Shown: positions 27,930 to 40,849, numbered from the whole stretch's first letter. The stretch is DNA of 63,960 bases, filler included, from Octopus bimaculoides (GCF_001194135.2; 7 parts of 6 records of this genome joined end to end with filler, not necessarily neighbours in it), one strand, 5' to 3'. The notes: a model not told the origin generated them from the letters alone. A program made the numbers and translations.

Positions 27930-28293
27930 TAATAATAATAAAGGAGTTACGACGCAAACATGTATAAATTCAAATGAACATATTTATCTTCTTCAATATA
28001 TATTTCAGTATAAAGAATTCATTAAGAGGCTTAAATCAAAATTTCTTTTCACATCATTCAAGAATAAATATAACATCAGAAAAAATACATTCACTGTCGT
28101 TTTTTTCTGCTATTTTGGTGATGATTTTTTGAGTTAGCTTACCAATTATTTTTCTTGGTAGTTAATTCATAATATATATNNNNNNNNNNNNNNNNNNNNN
28201 NNNNNNNNNNNNNNNNNNNNNNNNNNNNNNNNNNNNNNNNNNNNNNNNNNNNNNNNNNNNNNNNNNNNNNNNNNNNNNNNNNNNNNNNNNNNN

Positions 28294-28324
<31 letters not shown>

Positions 28325-28376
28325 CGTGTCTGAGGAGAGTCATTCTCTTTTAGTGACTTCCTATTTAACACATTCA

Positions 28377-28590
28377 CCGGTAAAGTATCCGCTCATGTAC
28401 TTATTGTTTTCCTAAAATTTTCGTTGCGTCTTGCAATCTTTTCAATAGTCGTTGACTTGGATATAACGTGTGTAGCGTTTGATCGTCGAATTGACCATGA
28501 CAGAGAATGCTGAGCAGAGAATCTACATCAAATTTTGTCAAACGCTTGACAATACCTGCTCAAATGTCTGCGCAAAGTATTCAAAAAGTA
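28377..28590 (+). mobile_element. Mariner 5' end fragment, same family, opposite orientation
   Basis: MTENAEQRIYIKFCQTL. Shares gtgtgtagcgt..cgtcg.attgaccatgacagagaa.gctg with the minus-strand copy at about 28980-29030. Confidence 0.75.
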
Positions 28591-29175
28591 TTCATCGTTC
28601 TCGACACAATTAAGGGGTTTTTGTGAAACTGAAATCCAAGTGTCCTCTTGGTCAGCTGGTTGTAGTTTTGGCACAAACTTAGCAGACACGCATCTCACAC
28701 CCAAATCTCCAATGATAATGGGCACACCTGAACCGTAACGGATCTTCACAGATTTGCACAGATGGTTATTGGACGATTTCCTCACTGACAGCTGCACGAA
28801 CATCTGCAATATTTTTCTCAGTTTTGCTCGTTGCGGATCTCCCAGAACATTCGTTAATGTCGACATTTTCCCGGCAATCTCGCAAACGTCTGAAACCCTC
28901 TTACACTTGTGTGTGGCTCATACACTCTTCTCCATAACCTTTCTGCAACTTTGTGTTGGACTCTAAGCAGATATGGCTTTGACAGCTTTCTCTGTCATGG
29001 TCAATGCGACGTTCACACGCTACACACCTCCCTTCCAAGCACGGCAGTAAAGAGCAGAATTGAGGTAGAACGTTGAAATTTGGTGAGCATGGATAACAGA
29101 AGTCATGGTCAATCTTTGCCAAGCGATTTTACTCCACGTACCTTAGCTTCGTTACTATGCCAACAGCCCGGATAC
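28590..29175 (-). mobile_element. Mariner 5' half (HTH + WVPK-like linker)
   Basis: Peptides MTEKAVK.., IIIGDLGVRCVSAKFVPKL..ENDEYFLNT. Confidence 0.8.
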
Positions 29176-29283
29176 TAATTGATCAGATCCCGTATATATG
29201 GGTGTGTATGTGTGTGTATATGTGTGTGTATATATGTGTGTGTGTATGTATGTGTGTGCATGTGTGTGCGTGGGTGTGTGTGT

Positions 29284-29480
29284 GGTGAGCTGGCAGAATC
29301 GTTAGCACGCCGGGCGAAATACTTTGCGGTATTTCGTCTGCCGTTACGTTCTGAGTTCAAATTCCGCCGAGGTCGACTTTGCCTTTTATCATTTCGGGGT
29401 CGATGTAATCGACTTAATCCCTTTGTCTGTCCTTGTTTGTCCCCTCTATGTTTAGCCCCCTGAGGGCAATAAAGAAATAA
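29284..29480 (+). mobile_element. tRNA-headed SINE, family C
   Basis: ggtgagctggcagaatcgttagc..gagttcaaattccgccgaggtcgactttgcc. Other copies at 7405-7527(+), 47095-47285(-), 47290-47500(-), 49790-49880(-), 49970-50130(-), 50165-50320(-), 61270-61460(-). Confidence 0.9.
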
Positions 29481-29889
29481 ATATTTTGTGTCAAAATTTC
29501 TGCTGATCTCATAATGTTTTGTACTCTCGCCAGAGAGCGTAAATTTGTTGAGAATTAGAGAGAAGTGTCAAATCTTGATCTGTCACATCTGCTGTTCTGC
29601 ACAACACATTACTTAGAAAGAAAGAAACATTTTGAACATTGTTAATTCCAGATCTATATATAATTCTATTCAGATGTTTGTTTATGAGGTCATATCGTTT
29701 TGTTTCTATCCGGTTTTATACGTGATTGCATTCTGTTTATGTAAATGTACGTGTTTATCTTTGCGAATATCCCAACGCACTCATCTGCAATTAAATGCAC
29801 ACATTATACATGTATGTAGATATAGTTATGTATGTATGTATGTATGTATGTATGTATGTATGCAGATAACCACTTCTCATTTCTTATGT

Positions 29890-30330
29890 TAGACAACTGG
29901 GATCATTTGATGTTGTTCTCATGTGAGAAGAAACTATACACGCCATGCTCGTGAGGTCTTCGATCTTATTACGTAATCGCTTTGCACGTATCAAACTATT
30001 CACATCAATAGGACTCTCCTTAGAACATACGACTTGTATCGAAAGTTTTTGAGCACCAGTTTTGATAGTTCTTTGGCAATGGTCCTTATTGATTTTCCAT
30101 GACCAATATCCAAAATGGTTTGAACCTATTGGGTGTACTATAGTATTTTCTTCTAGTGTCCGAATATTTATAACGATGCATTTTTGTTTCTCCTGTTATA
30201 GTTGAAATATTATCACCAAAGGCCTCTTTTCGAACCCGACTTTGTGAACCAAAAATTTCGCAATATCTAAATTACAATGTTCTGCAGATATGGCAATACC
30301 GTTAGCATGTTGGTGTTAAACTTTTATTTG
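29890..30330 (-). mobile_element. maT/DD37D-like N-terminal remnant
   Basis: GKSIRTIAKELSKLVLKNFRYKSYVLRR..LIRAKRLRNKIE. Confidence 0.7.
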
Positions 30331-30560
30331 CCATGGGGAATCCGAAAGCAATAAAGACATTGTAATTGATTTGAAGACAGTAATGTACTGGTTATTAAGC
30401 ATCTACACATACCTATCGCAAACTAATGTGTATATACTTGGTGAGTCTAGTGGAAGGGACACAGTCAACTGTCAATGGGAGACGCCCTTATCATTAACGC
30501 ATACATACGCAAACACATACACACACGCACACACACACACACACGCACACACACACACAC

Positions 30561-30615
<55 letters not shown>

Positions 30616-30617
<2 letters not shown>

Positions 30618-30802
30618 AAGAATAAAAAGTTTAGGAAGGTATAACAATGCAATATAGAACAAAAAATCTACTGTATACCTGTTGTAACTTGGTAAACTGT
30701 AGTCCGATGATATTTCGGAATTAGAATTCCTTCTTCAGATCTTAATTTGCTGGAGTTGTTCTATATTGCATTGTTATACCTTCCTAAACTTTTTATTCTT
30801 TA
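30616..30802 (-). mobile_element. Short Penelope-type pLTR remnant with perfect 47-bp terminal inverted repeats
   Basis: 30616-30662 and 30756-30802 are exact reverse complements; the 93-nt spacer carries HHR2. Confidence 0.7.
30706..30741 (-). ncRNA. Minimal hammerhead ribozyme-like motif (HHR2)
   Basis: Minus strand GAU-CUGAAGA-A-GGAAU-UCUA-AUUCC-GAAA-UA-UC/AUC. 5-bp stem II with an extra A after A9, palindromic AUAU in place of stem III (dimer type), 3-bp stem I. Confidence 0.6.
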
Positions 30803-30837
30803 CAAACAATACACAATGCTTCAAGCGAACTACAATA

Positions 30838-30910
<73 letters not shown>

Positions 30911-31825
30911 CATATTATGATCTATGGGTCGATATTTGTACGCAAATACACATCTTACTTGTATACCGAAACATTGGCAAATGTTTAGCTACCTCGCTGT
31001 GTGTGTGTGTGTGTGCGTGTGTGTGTGTATGTGTGTGTGCGCGCGTGTGTGTGTGGCTGTGTGTGTGTATGTACCTTTGTGTCTGCCAGTATCTGCATAA
31101 AAATTCAAAACTATCTACTATATATGTATATGCGTATTATTCAAGTTATTGTACAAACATTTCTGCCGAAAGCGTTCTGTTATATCCTCAGGTTAAAAGC
31201 TTAACCTTGTTCAGACCCAGCAGCTAACTGTTCAGTTTGACAATTCTGGTGTTTTATATGTTGCATTAAATATTTAGTAAAGAAACTTTTTACGACAAGC
31301 ATGATCGTGTGCTGCGTAAAGTTCAATTAGAATGCATTTTTCTATGTTCATAAGTGTATGGCTTTGCTCCTGCTGTGTATGGGAATGTGTTTATATCAAT
31401 ATTGACATGTGTACATATTTTTATGCTTCTGTTTATATTTTTCTGATTAGATAAGAGACTTTAAAATATTTTTCCACACATACATGCGTTTCAGTACATT
31501 TTTATAACAATACGAGTGTACGTAAATACACACATAAATACGTACATACTACATAGGTTATGTTAGACGTTTGCACGAAAACCCAAATATATAAGGTTTT
31601 ACGGAGAAAGAAGAAAAGAAAATGACGCAGGTTCTCTAAATCCAGAGATTTTCGTGTGAACAGATGCACACACATGGGTACATGCATCGACAGTTCAATC
31701 AACACACCAATCGAACCACGTATTTATAGACATAGTGAACTCTCTTAGCTCAAAAGACGTTGTCGCTTTGTTAGTCTCCGACTTGAACTCGCTCGAGAAC
31801 CTGAGTTAAACTCAAAGCAACTTCA

Positions 31826-31861
<36 letters not shown>

Positions 31862-32104
31862 TGTATATATATAAATATATATATATATATATNNNNNNNN
31901 NNNNNNNNNNNNNNNNNNNNNNNNNNNNNNNNNNNNTTAATTAATTAANNNNNNNNNNNNNNNNNNNNNNNNNNNNNNNNNNNNNNNNNNNNTATATATA
32001 TATATATATAAAGAGAGAGAGAGAGAGAGGGGGGACCAGTCAAGCAGCACATCACGCTGTAATTCTTGGGCTATATATATATATATATAAAATGGTCACT
32101 AGTG

Positions 32105-32480
32105 CTTATTTTGTTTTTTAAGCCTGGTACTTCTTTTATTGGGGTCTTTTAGTGAACTGCTAAGTTATGGGAACATAAACACACCAGCAGTGGTTGTCAA
32201 GCAGTGGAGGGGGACAACAAGAGACACAAAAACAGACAAACAAACAAACACAATTTAAAAACAAACAGACATACAGTCAGACAGACAAACAGACAGACAC
32301 ACACATGTACACACATACGATGGGCTTCTTTCAGTTTTCATCTATCTTATCAACTCACAAGGTTTTTAATCAGCCCAAGTCTGTAGTAGAAGACACTTGC
32401 CCAAAGTGCCATGCAGTGGGACTGAAACTGGAACAATGTAGTTTGGAAGCAAACTTCTTACCGCACAGCCACACCTGCAC
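32105..32480 (-). mobile_element. SINE family A, CpG-decayed copy
   Basis: Colinear with 2428-2828 but with CpG to TpG/CpA changes (gccacgcag to gccatgcag; cgacgggc to cgatgggc). Confidence 0.9.
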
Positions 32481-33808
32481 CTGTATGTAATACACACCCT
32501 ATATATAATACACATTATATGTATATAATAAACACACAAAACATATATTACAGAACCAAAAAAAGAGTATGCTTGCTGCTGTAGAATTGATTTATTTATT
32601 CCTATATTTATTTTTGGTTTTGTTTTCATCTTTTATAGACAGTTTACTCTCCCTTGGTCATTCTTCATAGCTTCAATAATTTTTATTTAAATATTCCCAT
32701 TTCCAATCTGTATGCACATGGGAGTAAGAATATTGAGGCCATTATTATCAACATTCAGAGTTAAGATTCACCTGTCTATGGGAATAAAACATTCTTTTTC
32801 CATATCTGAATGCTGGAGAATAGCTTGAGATTTGACAGTTTTCATTATTTCTTTGTACAATCTGTTTTCTTCTCTGGGCTAATTTGTCCAAAATTATTGA
32901 ATAAATTTACATCTTGTGAGTGAGCATCAATTGTGCTTCAGTCAATTATGCAGAGGTCAGCTTTTGAGAGCAGAAACATGTGCTTTGTGTTATTTGGTTT
33001 GAATAATTCTTTGCAGTATTATCTGTTAATATCTCAACAGTTTTATGATCTGAGAATTACTAATTTCTCTCTTATGTAACAAACTTCAAGTTGGCGCATG
33101 AAATAGATCTTAAGCAGTATTAACTCTTTTGTTAACATATTTCAATTGAGATAAACTGCCTTTGTTTTAATTAATTTTGAAAGTAATGAAGAATTTACTA
33201 AAATTACTTTTCCATTATCAAGTTGGTGTTGGAAGCATAAATTAGCATGAAGTTTTCATGGAATGTTTTCATTTAGAACACTTTAAAACCCCAAGCTTGT
33301 AGCATAGAACCAAAGACAATCTCAGGTGCCATTTTTATTCATATATGTGGGTGTGTGTGTGCACGAGCATGTGTGTGTGTGTACAGGCATGTGTGTGTGT
33401 GTGTACAGGCATGTGTGTAGTTAGGTTGTTCCCTTCACAGCCATGTAGTTCCAGGTTTAGTCCTAATGCATGGCACCTTCTACAATGGCATTGGGTCAAC
33501 CAAAGCTTTATAAGTGAATTGGTACTCAGGAATTGTCAAATACCAATATGTATGCATGTGCATGTATGTGTGTATCATTATGCTTTGTGTTTGTCTGTCA
33601 CAGCAGGACAACCAGTGGTGGTTTGTTTATGTCTCTCTAAACTAACAGCTTGACAAAAACAGCTATATTAAGCACCAGACTTTAAAACATGGGCAGGTGT
33701 CAATTTGATTGGCTAATCACCTCAAGGCAGTTATTCCAGTATGGCCACAATCCATTGACTGAAACCAGTCAATGAGTAAAAGAATATAAAAATACACACA
33801 CACACATA

Positions 33809-35074
33809 CACAGACATACAGGAAGTAAATAGACACCTTTAATTTTCAAAATTTCTGATCTAAGCATCTTAATATGTTTTCAGGGGTGTAGAATTTACAA
33901 TGTAATTATTCTTTTTCATTCCAGGTGCCATTATATTAAACATTTATGAAAAGTAACCATGCCACACACAAAAAATTCAGTAGAACTGTCAGATTTTCAA
34001 AGAGGTCATGTTGTTGGGCAATCTAAGGCTGGTCTTAGCAGGCGAAAAATTGCTGAAAATCTTCAAATTCCTCTTGCTACTGTTAACAGAATTATAGGGC
34101 AATTCAAAAGCCAAGGAAAAGAATCAACAGATTCTCGTCCCAGCTGACCTAGGCCCTTGGAAAGGAAGCCTCACTATTTGAAGAGAATTGTGGAAGACGA
34201 ACCCTGTTTGAAGGCTTCTGACATTGCAAAACAACTAGAAGTTAGACCAAGAATGTGTGTTACATATCTGCATAAGCTTGGGTATTATGGATGAGCAGCT
34301 AAAAGAAATTAATTCAACCAATTAATATCATGAAATGGGTTAAGGAGATGTCAGAAAAATCCAGTTCATTTTGGGATAGAGTGATTTTTTTCAGATGAAT
34401 CCAGATTTGCATTATTTTCAGACAGTGGACATGTTTGGGTCTGGAGGCTTCACGATCAAGAAATTGATTTAAAACGACTCCAACCAACTGTGAAATATGA
34501 CGGTATCTCTGTAATGGTATGGACTGCTGTCACCAGCAATGGTCGTTCTGAGCTGATCGAATGTGTTGGAACCATAAACTCTGAAAAAATACATCGAAAT
34601 ACTTAAACAAGGACTACTTCCAATGTATTCACATGATAACATACCAAAAAATGAGTTTTTATTCATGGAAGATGGGGCTCCATGGTACACAGTGAAAAGA
34701 AATCAACAATGGCTAACTGAAAATGGGATGAAAAAGCTTCCTTGGCCGAGCCAATCTCCTGACATGAACCCAATTGAAAATCTATGGAGCATATTAGATA
34801 GAGCTATACAAAAAACTTGACAGAAACTTTAATCTAAAGATGAATTGTTTCGATTGTTGCGTGAAAAGTGGGCAGAAATTCCACAAGAGACAATCCCAAA
34901 GCTTATCAGTTCAATGCCAAAAAGAGTTTCTGAATTAAAAACTGTGAAGGGAATGTCACCTAAATACTAAAGTATGTAGTCCTACCTATCGATTACATTT
35001 CAATTGTTCGCTTTGCGTATTAAATAAAAGATTTTGAAAATTAGAGGTGTCTATTTACTTCCTGCATGTCTGTG
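33809..35074 (+). mobile_element. Full-length Tc1-like DNA transposon (DD34E), transposase pseudogene
   Basis: 44-bp TIRs (cacagacatRcaggaagtaaatagacacctYtaattttcaaaat, 2 mismatches), TA on both sides. ORF from 33959 (MPHTKNSVELSDFQRGHVVG) to about 34968 with FSDESRF, EDGAPW and SPDMNPIENLW; 34 residues between second D and E. Interrupted by stops/frameshifts. Confidence 0.95.
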
Positions 35075-35086
35075 TATATATTGAAG

Positions 35087-35395
35087 GCACATAGCTCAGT
35101 GGTTAGAGCATCAGGCTCACAATCATGAGGTTGTGAGTTGGACTGGGCTGTGTGTTGTGTTCTTGAACAAGGCACTTTATTTCACATAGTTCACTCAGCT
35201 GTAGAAATGAGTTGCGACATTACTGGTGCCTAGCTGTATTGGCCCTTGGATAACATTGGTGGCATGGAGAGGGGAACCTGGTATGTATATGTGACTACTA
35301 GTCTTCGATAAACAACTATGCCTGGACTTGTGCCTCAGAGGGTAACTTTCTAGGTGCAATACCATGGTCATTCATGACTGAAGGGGGTCTTTACT
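35087..35395 (+). mobile_element. tRNA-headed SINE, family D
   Basis: ggcacatagctcagtggttagagc head, tgtgttcttgaacaaggcactttatttcac core. Related heads at 42600-42780(-), 43130-43398(-), 44760-44970(-), 45345-45590(-). Confidence 0.85.
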
Positions 35396-35396
35396 C

Positions 35397-35443
<47 letters not shown>

Positions 35444-35532
35444 ATACGAGTTGTATAAACACAATGCACTATGCAGGCCTGTCCAATTGCTGCACTGTTC
35501 AAGCCAGAAATTGATAGTAGTTCACTCATAAT

Positions 35533-35699
35533 GAAGGCCAGCTCAAAGTACCAGCAACTTGGGCAGTTGCCCAGGACACCATATGCTTTTTAGTCTACAT
35601 TTTCAGTTTTTCTCCTTGTGAAAGTTTTAAAATATTATACTTGTAAGGGCGCTGAAGTTCAGCTTGCCTGGGGCACCAGCAACTCAAGGGCTGGCCCTG
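35533..35699. mobile_element. hAT-type MITE
   Basis: Ends gaaggccagc / gctggccctg; 8-bp TSD ctcataat / ctcataac. Confidence 0.8.
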
Positions 35700-35933
35700 C
35701 TCATAACTCCTATATTCATTAAATGGTATTTGCTTCTCACTAGACTGAGAGCTTTTTTGTGGCACCATCATTTGTGTAGTAGCCTTGTAACTCACGTGAC
35801 TAAAGTGCTTCATCACTCATGAGGGAGAATACAAAACAGAGTGGTTGTTTTGTGCAAGGTTTTGAGAGATTAATGCAGGAAGGGAGGATAGCTTTTTTGT
35901 GGGGGAGTTTCATCACTCTTTTGCATTTTATAG

Positions 35934-35972
35934 GAGTGGGTGGAGATGGCTAGATTGATGTCACAAGCAAAG
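35934..35972 (+). CDS. Candidate exon (EWVEMARLMSQAK)
   Basis: ctcttttgcattttatag/ .. AAG/gtaaat, 39 nt, phase 0 to 0. Confidence 0.6.
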
Positions 35973-36159
35973 GTAAATATTCTGGTACAAAGAGGCCAGT
36001 TATACCTTCAAGGTAACATATCTATGAAGGTGAACAGAAGACTGTATGGAAAGAGTAGAATTAACAGGGGTGAGTAATACTGTAATACTGCAAGAGTGTG
36101 AGGAGAGTGAGAGATGAATATAACTATAGAGTGGAAGAAGTCAGATGTATGTTGGAGTA

Positions 36160-36197
<38 letters not shown>

Positions 36198-36216
36198 GAT
36201 GTATACTGCAGTATGC

Positions 36217-36256
<40 letters not shown>

Positions 36257-36918
36257 CAGAACAAAAGAGAGTATACTTCTTTCAGTAAAAATATGTTTAT
36301 TCATTTACTTTGAAGTTATTTTGCTTTTCCTTCCCATTTCATGTGTTCCATATCTTATCATTATTTTACTTCTACTTTTCCAATTATTTTAAAATTTCCT
36401 CCTTTCACTTTCACCATTTCGCCCTCTCACTATCGTGTGGATTTCTATTTTAAACAATCATTTTCATTTCTTTTTGGTTTTCTCCATTTCCATTTCTCAG
36501 TTTTTGTTGTCCAATAAAATTTTGAACTTAAAACCAATATCAAATCCAGTGACAACTATTGAGCTTCAGAGAATAATAGATTAGTGCTACAACTATCTAA
36601 AATCAATTGAAATCGCTCCTAGAGAACTTTTTTCAACAACTGATTGAAAACAAAAGATTTTCACACTAATATTTTACTTGTGTTTTTGAAGTTAATCATA
36701 TTACTTTTTTTTTATAATTGTATAATTTAATTAGTTTAACCTAAGTAGAAAAAGTGAAAATTTCAAAAGTCTTCATGTATTCTTTGGTTTTATACATTTA
36801 TGTAGAAAAAAAAAAAGTTTTTGCATACTTGCATTAACTCTTTGAAAAATTTTAGAATATCAAGAATAAAACAAATATGATAATTGCTAACAATTTTGGA
36901 AAATGTTCTTTGATACAG

Positions 36919-36977
36919 AGCATCCTTGAGGATGAGGATGTTTCTATAGAGGAAGTTGAAGAAAATATTAGCAGGAA
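36919..36977 (+). CDS. Candidate exon (SILEDEDVSIEEVEENISR)
   Basis: ttctttgatacag/ acceptor, in frame with 35934-35972. Ends at the GAA/gtaatg donor or reads on to TAA at 36979-36981; the link to 39832 is unresolved. Confidence 0.55.
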
Positions 36978-38462
36978 GTAATGGAACTTCTAATAATATA
37001 TACATATATGTCTCTGGCACTCTGAAGATTTTAATTAGAACACTCATTTGTTGAAAGAATCTAGTTCCAAGATTAATAATTTCTTTCCTAGTGAGAAAGA
37101 ACTGAAATAAAACAAACTCTATATCAATTGAATCATTACCTGTAGCTCTAAGAAATGCCTGTGACAATAGCTTCCATTCTCTTATTTCAACAAGACAATT
37201 TATTAAGCCTTGAGAGATAGCTAATCATATAAAAATGCACTGGCAAGAAATAGATTTCTATGAAAACCTTTTCATTGTATGCTTCATACAGTTGTGATCC
37301 TTGTTTGGCCTTGAGAAAATGAATGAAGAAGACAGTAATTTATGCAATTTACTGTTTAATTGTTGTATAAAATCCTACTGGGAGTTTAAGTTTCTAAAAC
37401 TCATTTTCAAGTTAAATTTATAAAACTTACATTGTTGGTGGTGATGTTTAACCCTGGCAGACCTATTTAATTAAATGAGAGCAGAATTATATTTCATCAT
37501 CCTTTTCTGTGCTACTAGTTATCTTTCCCATACCCAGAACCACTTGCATGGACATCCATCTTTCATTCTTAACACTGTCCCTCTCCTCTCGCATTTTACA
37601 GAGATCCCTCTCCATGTTACCAGTTCTCTATCTATCTCTCTATTGCCTGTTGATCTGCCCTCTCACAATATGGCTCTTGCTCTCCCTACACACTCTTGCA
37701 GCCTACCACCTATCATATCCCCCTCACTGTATAATTACTATTTGGCTGTTCTTCGCCCTTTCTGCACTGCCAATCATCACCTACTCTCTCTCACTTTCAT
37801 TCCAATTCATATTTATCACTGACTACATTACTACCTTTGTTCACAATTCACTACATTTACCGCCACCCACCATTCTAACCATAGCTCACTCTTTCCATAC
37901 ATTCTTGCAGCCCCTATCAGCCTTCTGGCTCTTCTAGATCCAATCTCTCTTTTATTCTTCTTGCAACTTGAGTGTTCACCCAGACAATTTGCCACCACCA
38001 TTCTCATCTTTCTTTCTAGTACCCCACTACTTACTATCAACTATTCTTATATATACCAAGGAAGCCATGTATCTCCTCCAAGCAAGAAACTGGTTCCTGC
38101 CCATTCTCTCATATGTTAACCTCTTAACACCTAGCATAAATCCACCTCCATCTCTAGTACAGTCCCACTTAATCAAAGAGGATTTTAGTCTAGTGAATTA
38201 TGTGGCAACCACACTAGTTCTTGTACCAGGAAAGGCCCCAGAATTCTCTGTAAAGTAATTGGCATTAGCAAGGGGTATGGTGCTATTGATACCATGCCAA
38301 AGCAGACACAAGAGCACTGATGCAGTCCTTCAACTCATTGGATCCTGTCACGCTTTCCGACCCATACCATGGAGGATGAATGTTAAATGATGAGGATGAT
38401 CATAATGATAATGATGTGTGTGTGTGCATGCATGCGTGCATGTGTAAGTCTTTCTTTCTTTC

Positions 38463-38531
<69 letters not shown>

Positions 38532-38595
38532 TTAATTTCTCTGTCTGAAGAATTTCAATTAGGAAATTCTTTACATGTCTATCTAACATGTATAA

Positions 38596-38605
<10 letters not shown>

Positions 38606-38631
<26 letters not shown>

Positions 38632-38870
38632 TTAACGTCCGCTTTCCATGCTGGCATGGGTTGGACGATTTGACTGAGGACTGGTGAAACTGGATGGCAA
38701 CACCAGGCTCCAATCTAATTTGGCAGAGTTTCTACAGCTGGATGCCCTTCCTAACGCCAACCACTCCGAGAGTGTAGTGGGTGCTTTTACGTGTCACCTG
38801 CACGAGGGCCAGTCAGGTGGTACTGGCAATGGCCACACTCAAAATGGTAATTCCTATTAACAAATGAAAC
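38606..38870 (-). mobile_element. Abundant retroposon 3' end with (GAT)n tail, family E
   Basis: cgtccaacccatgccagcatggaaagcggacgttaaa(tga)n. Other copies at 38190-38415(+), 39318-39406(+), 40415-40780(+), 42815-43060(-), 57200-57232(-). Confidence 0.85.
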
Positions 38871-39450
38871 ATGTGTAATGGAGAATGAATAATACCAAGC
38901 AATTTCTATTTCCCTGTTTTGTTATACAATAACTCTGCGAATAATATTTCCATAATTCTCAATTTTGATGTGTATTTTGACTAACATACAGTAGCTACTG
39001 AGACTACTTATTAGATTATAATAATCAAATAAGCAGATGTGCTTCAAGAGAAAACATCTTGGATTTACCCTAACTACCTACTCTATATATAATGTATATA
39101 CATATACAAATATGTCTGTGTGACTTCATTATTACTATGTTTTCCCATTTTATATAGTCACCTGCAATAAAATTTGGCTTAATTATTATGAACATAGACA
39201 CATGGTGTAGCACATATGTGCACACTTCTCATTTTCTAATAACAGTGTGAATAGTTATTTTGAAATCTCACATTAAATAGATGATATATTTCAGAGACTG
39301 AATTTTGTTTTAATAGCCTGGTGTAGCCATCCGGTTGCACCAGTCCTCAGTCAAATCGTCCAACCCATGCTAGCATGGAAAGCGGACATTAAACGATGAT
39401 GATGATAGTTTGTAAACATATATATACATACACACACATATTTGTATATA

Positions 39451-39664
39451 CAGAGTTCGTCCCAAAAATGTATACACACTTCAGGGAAGGAAATATCTGT
39501 ATAAATGTTTAACCTGAGTAAGTACTCCTATACATATAGATACCGCTTTCAATGTTTTATCAAATTGTGATAACATTGAATAAATTGCAATAACACTGAA
39601 TAAAAATATTTATACAGATTTTTCCTCTCCTGAAGTGTGTGTACATTTTTTTTAGTGGACTCTG
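39451..39664. mobile_element. Tc1/mariner-type MITE
   Basis: Imperfect TIRs of about 55 bp (cagagt..aaaaatgtaYacacacttcagg..aaaatctgtataaat), TA flanks, 214 bp. Confidence 0.85.
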
Positions 39665-39831
39665 TATGTATATTGTATATTTTACTTGTTTCAGTCATTA
39701 GACTGCAGCTATGATAGGACACCACCTTGAAGGATTTTATTCAGTATGTATTTTATTTTTAAATCCTGGTACCTTTTTATCAGTCAAAGCATACACCAAA
39801 GTATGAGCATCTATTCACATAAGAATTTCAG

Positions 39832-39900
39832 ATCAAGAATTATTGGAATATCTTACAAATCTTCACTGTGCTCCGAGTAGATTGGGTTTGGAGAATCCAT
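39832..39900 (+). CDS. Internal exon of unidentified host gene (DQELLEYLTNLHCAPSRLGLENP)
   Basis: aatttcag/ .. /gtcagt, 69 nt, phase 1 to 1; joins in frame to 41122. Confidence 0.7.
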
Positions 39901-40268
39901 GTCAGTTTCTTTTACTCTTTCTCCATGAAACCAAGTATTTCTAGGTTTTTGTGCAATGTGTATATTAGGTATATAGAAATGTATACACACAAACTTACAG
40001 ATGCATGAATACATATGTACTTGTTTATGTACATCTATGTAGCTCTCTCTCTCTCTCTCTCTCTTTCTCTTTCTCTTTATATGTACACAATAGAAATAGA
40101 AATGGAAGAATCCTTAGTATTTATATTTAAACAGTGAAGAATGACTTTTCTAATAATTATTTTCCACTTTAATGAATAAATGTTCACAAATTTATAAACA
40201 TCTATGCATTCAAGTGGAAAATAATTATCAGAAATGTCATTCTTCTTCACTCTTTCAAACACTTGGAT

Positions 40269-40309
<41 letters not shown>

Positions 40310-40818
40310 TGCAACAGTATTTTTGACAGTGAGTTCAAAGTTCTGGCCTGCTAGCCTTGTGAAGTTTAGAAAGACATTCTTGTTAAAACTTAATAAACGT
40401 GTTCTTTAGAAAGCCATGCTAGTGCTGTATGTCTGGCACGGATGTTGGTGGCACATAAAAAGCATTGTTTGAGCATTGAGCATGGAGGCAGTGACAGGTG
40501 ACCGAGACTGTTGGTGATATAGCGTGCTTGAGAAGACCTGTAAAGTCAAGTGAGATCGTAGTCATGGCTGATGCTGGTGTCACATAACTGGCACCGGTGT
40601 TGGGAGCACATAAAAAGCACCTGCTACATTGAAGGAGTAGTTGGAGTTAGGAAAAGCATCCAGCTGTAGAAACCATGCCAAATCAGAATGGAACTTGGTG
40701 CAGCTCCCCAGCTTACCAGTTCTCAAGTCAAACCGTCCAACCCATACCAGCATGAAAAACGGTTGTTAAATGATGATGATGATGGTGGTGGTGCTGGTGG
40801 TGGTGGTTTTGGTGGTGG

Positions 40819-40849
<31 letters not shown>

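Noticed and set aside
32772-32812. 41-nt minus-strand segment with good splice sites
   Set aside because: No convincing partner exons and antisense to the better supported gene; left uncalled.
36790-37167. 125-aa minus-strand ORF
   Set aside because: F/I/L-rich composition typical of AT-rich non-coding or antisense shadow frames; overlaps a better plus-strand exon.
37100-37430. Near-open plus frame interrupted by in-frame TGA codons (selenoprotein idea)
   Set aside because: No start or splice context, no recognisable domain, no SECIS identified; compatible with chance in AT-rich DNA.
39864-39947. Minus-strand exon candidate NTWFHGERVKETDMDSPNP
   Set aside because: Overlaps the plus-strand exon that joins cleanly to two downstream exons; weak acceptor; treated as a shadow.
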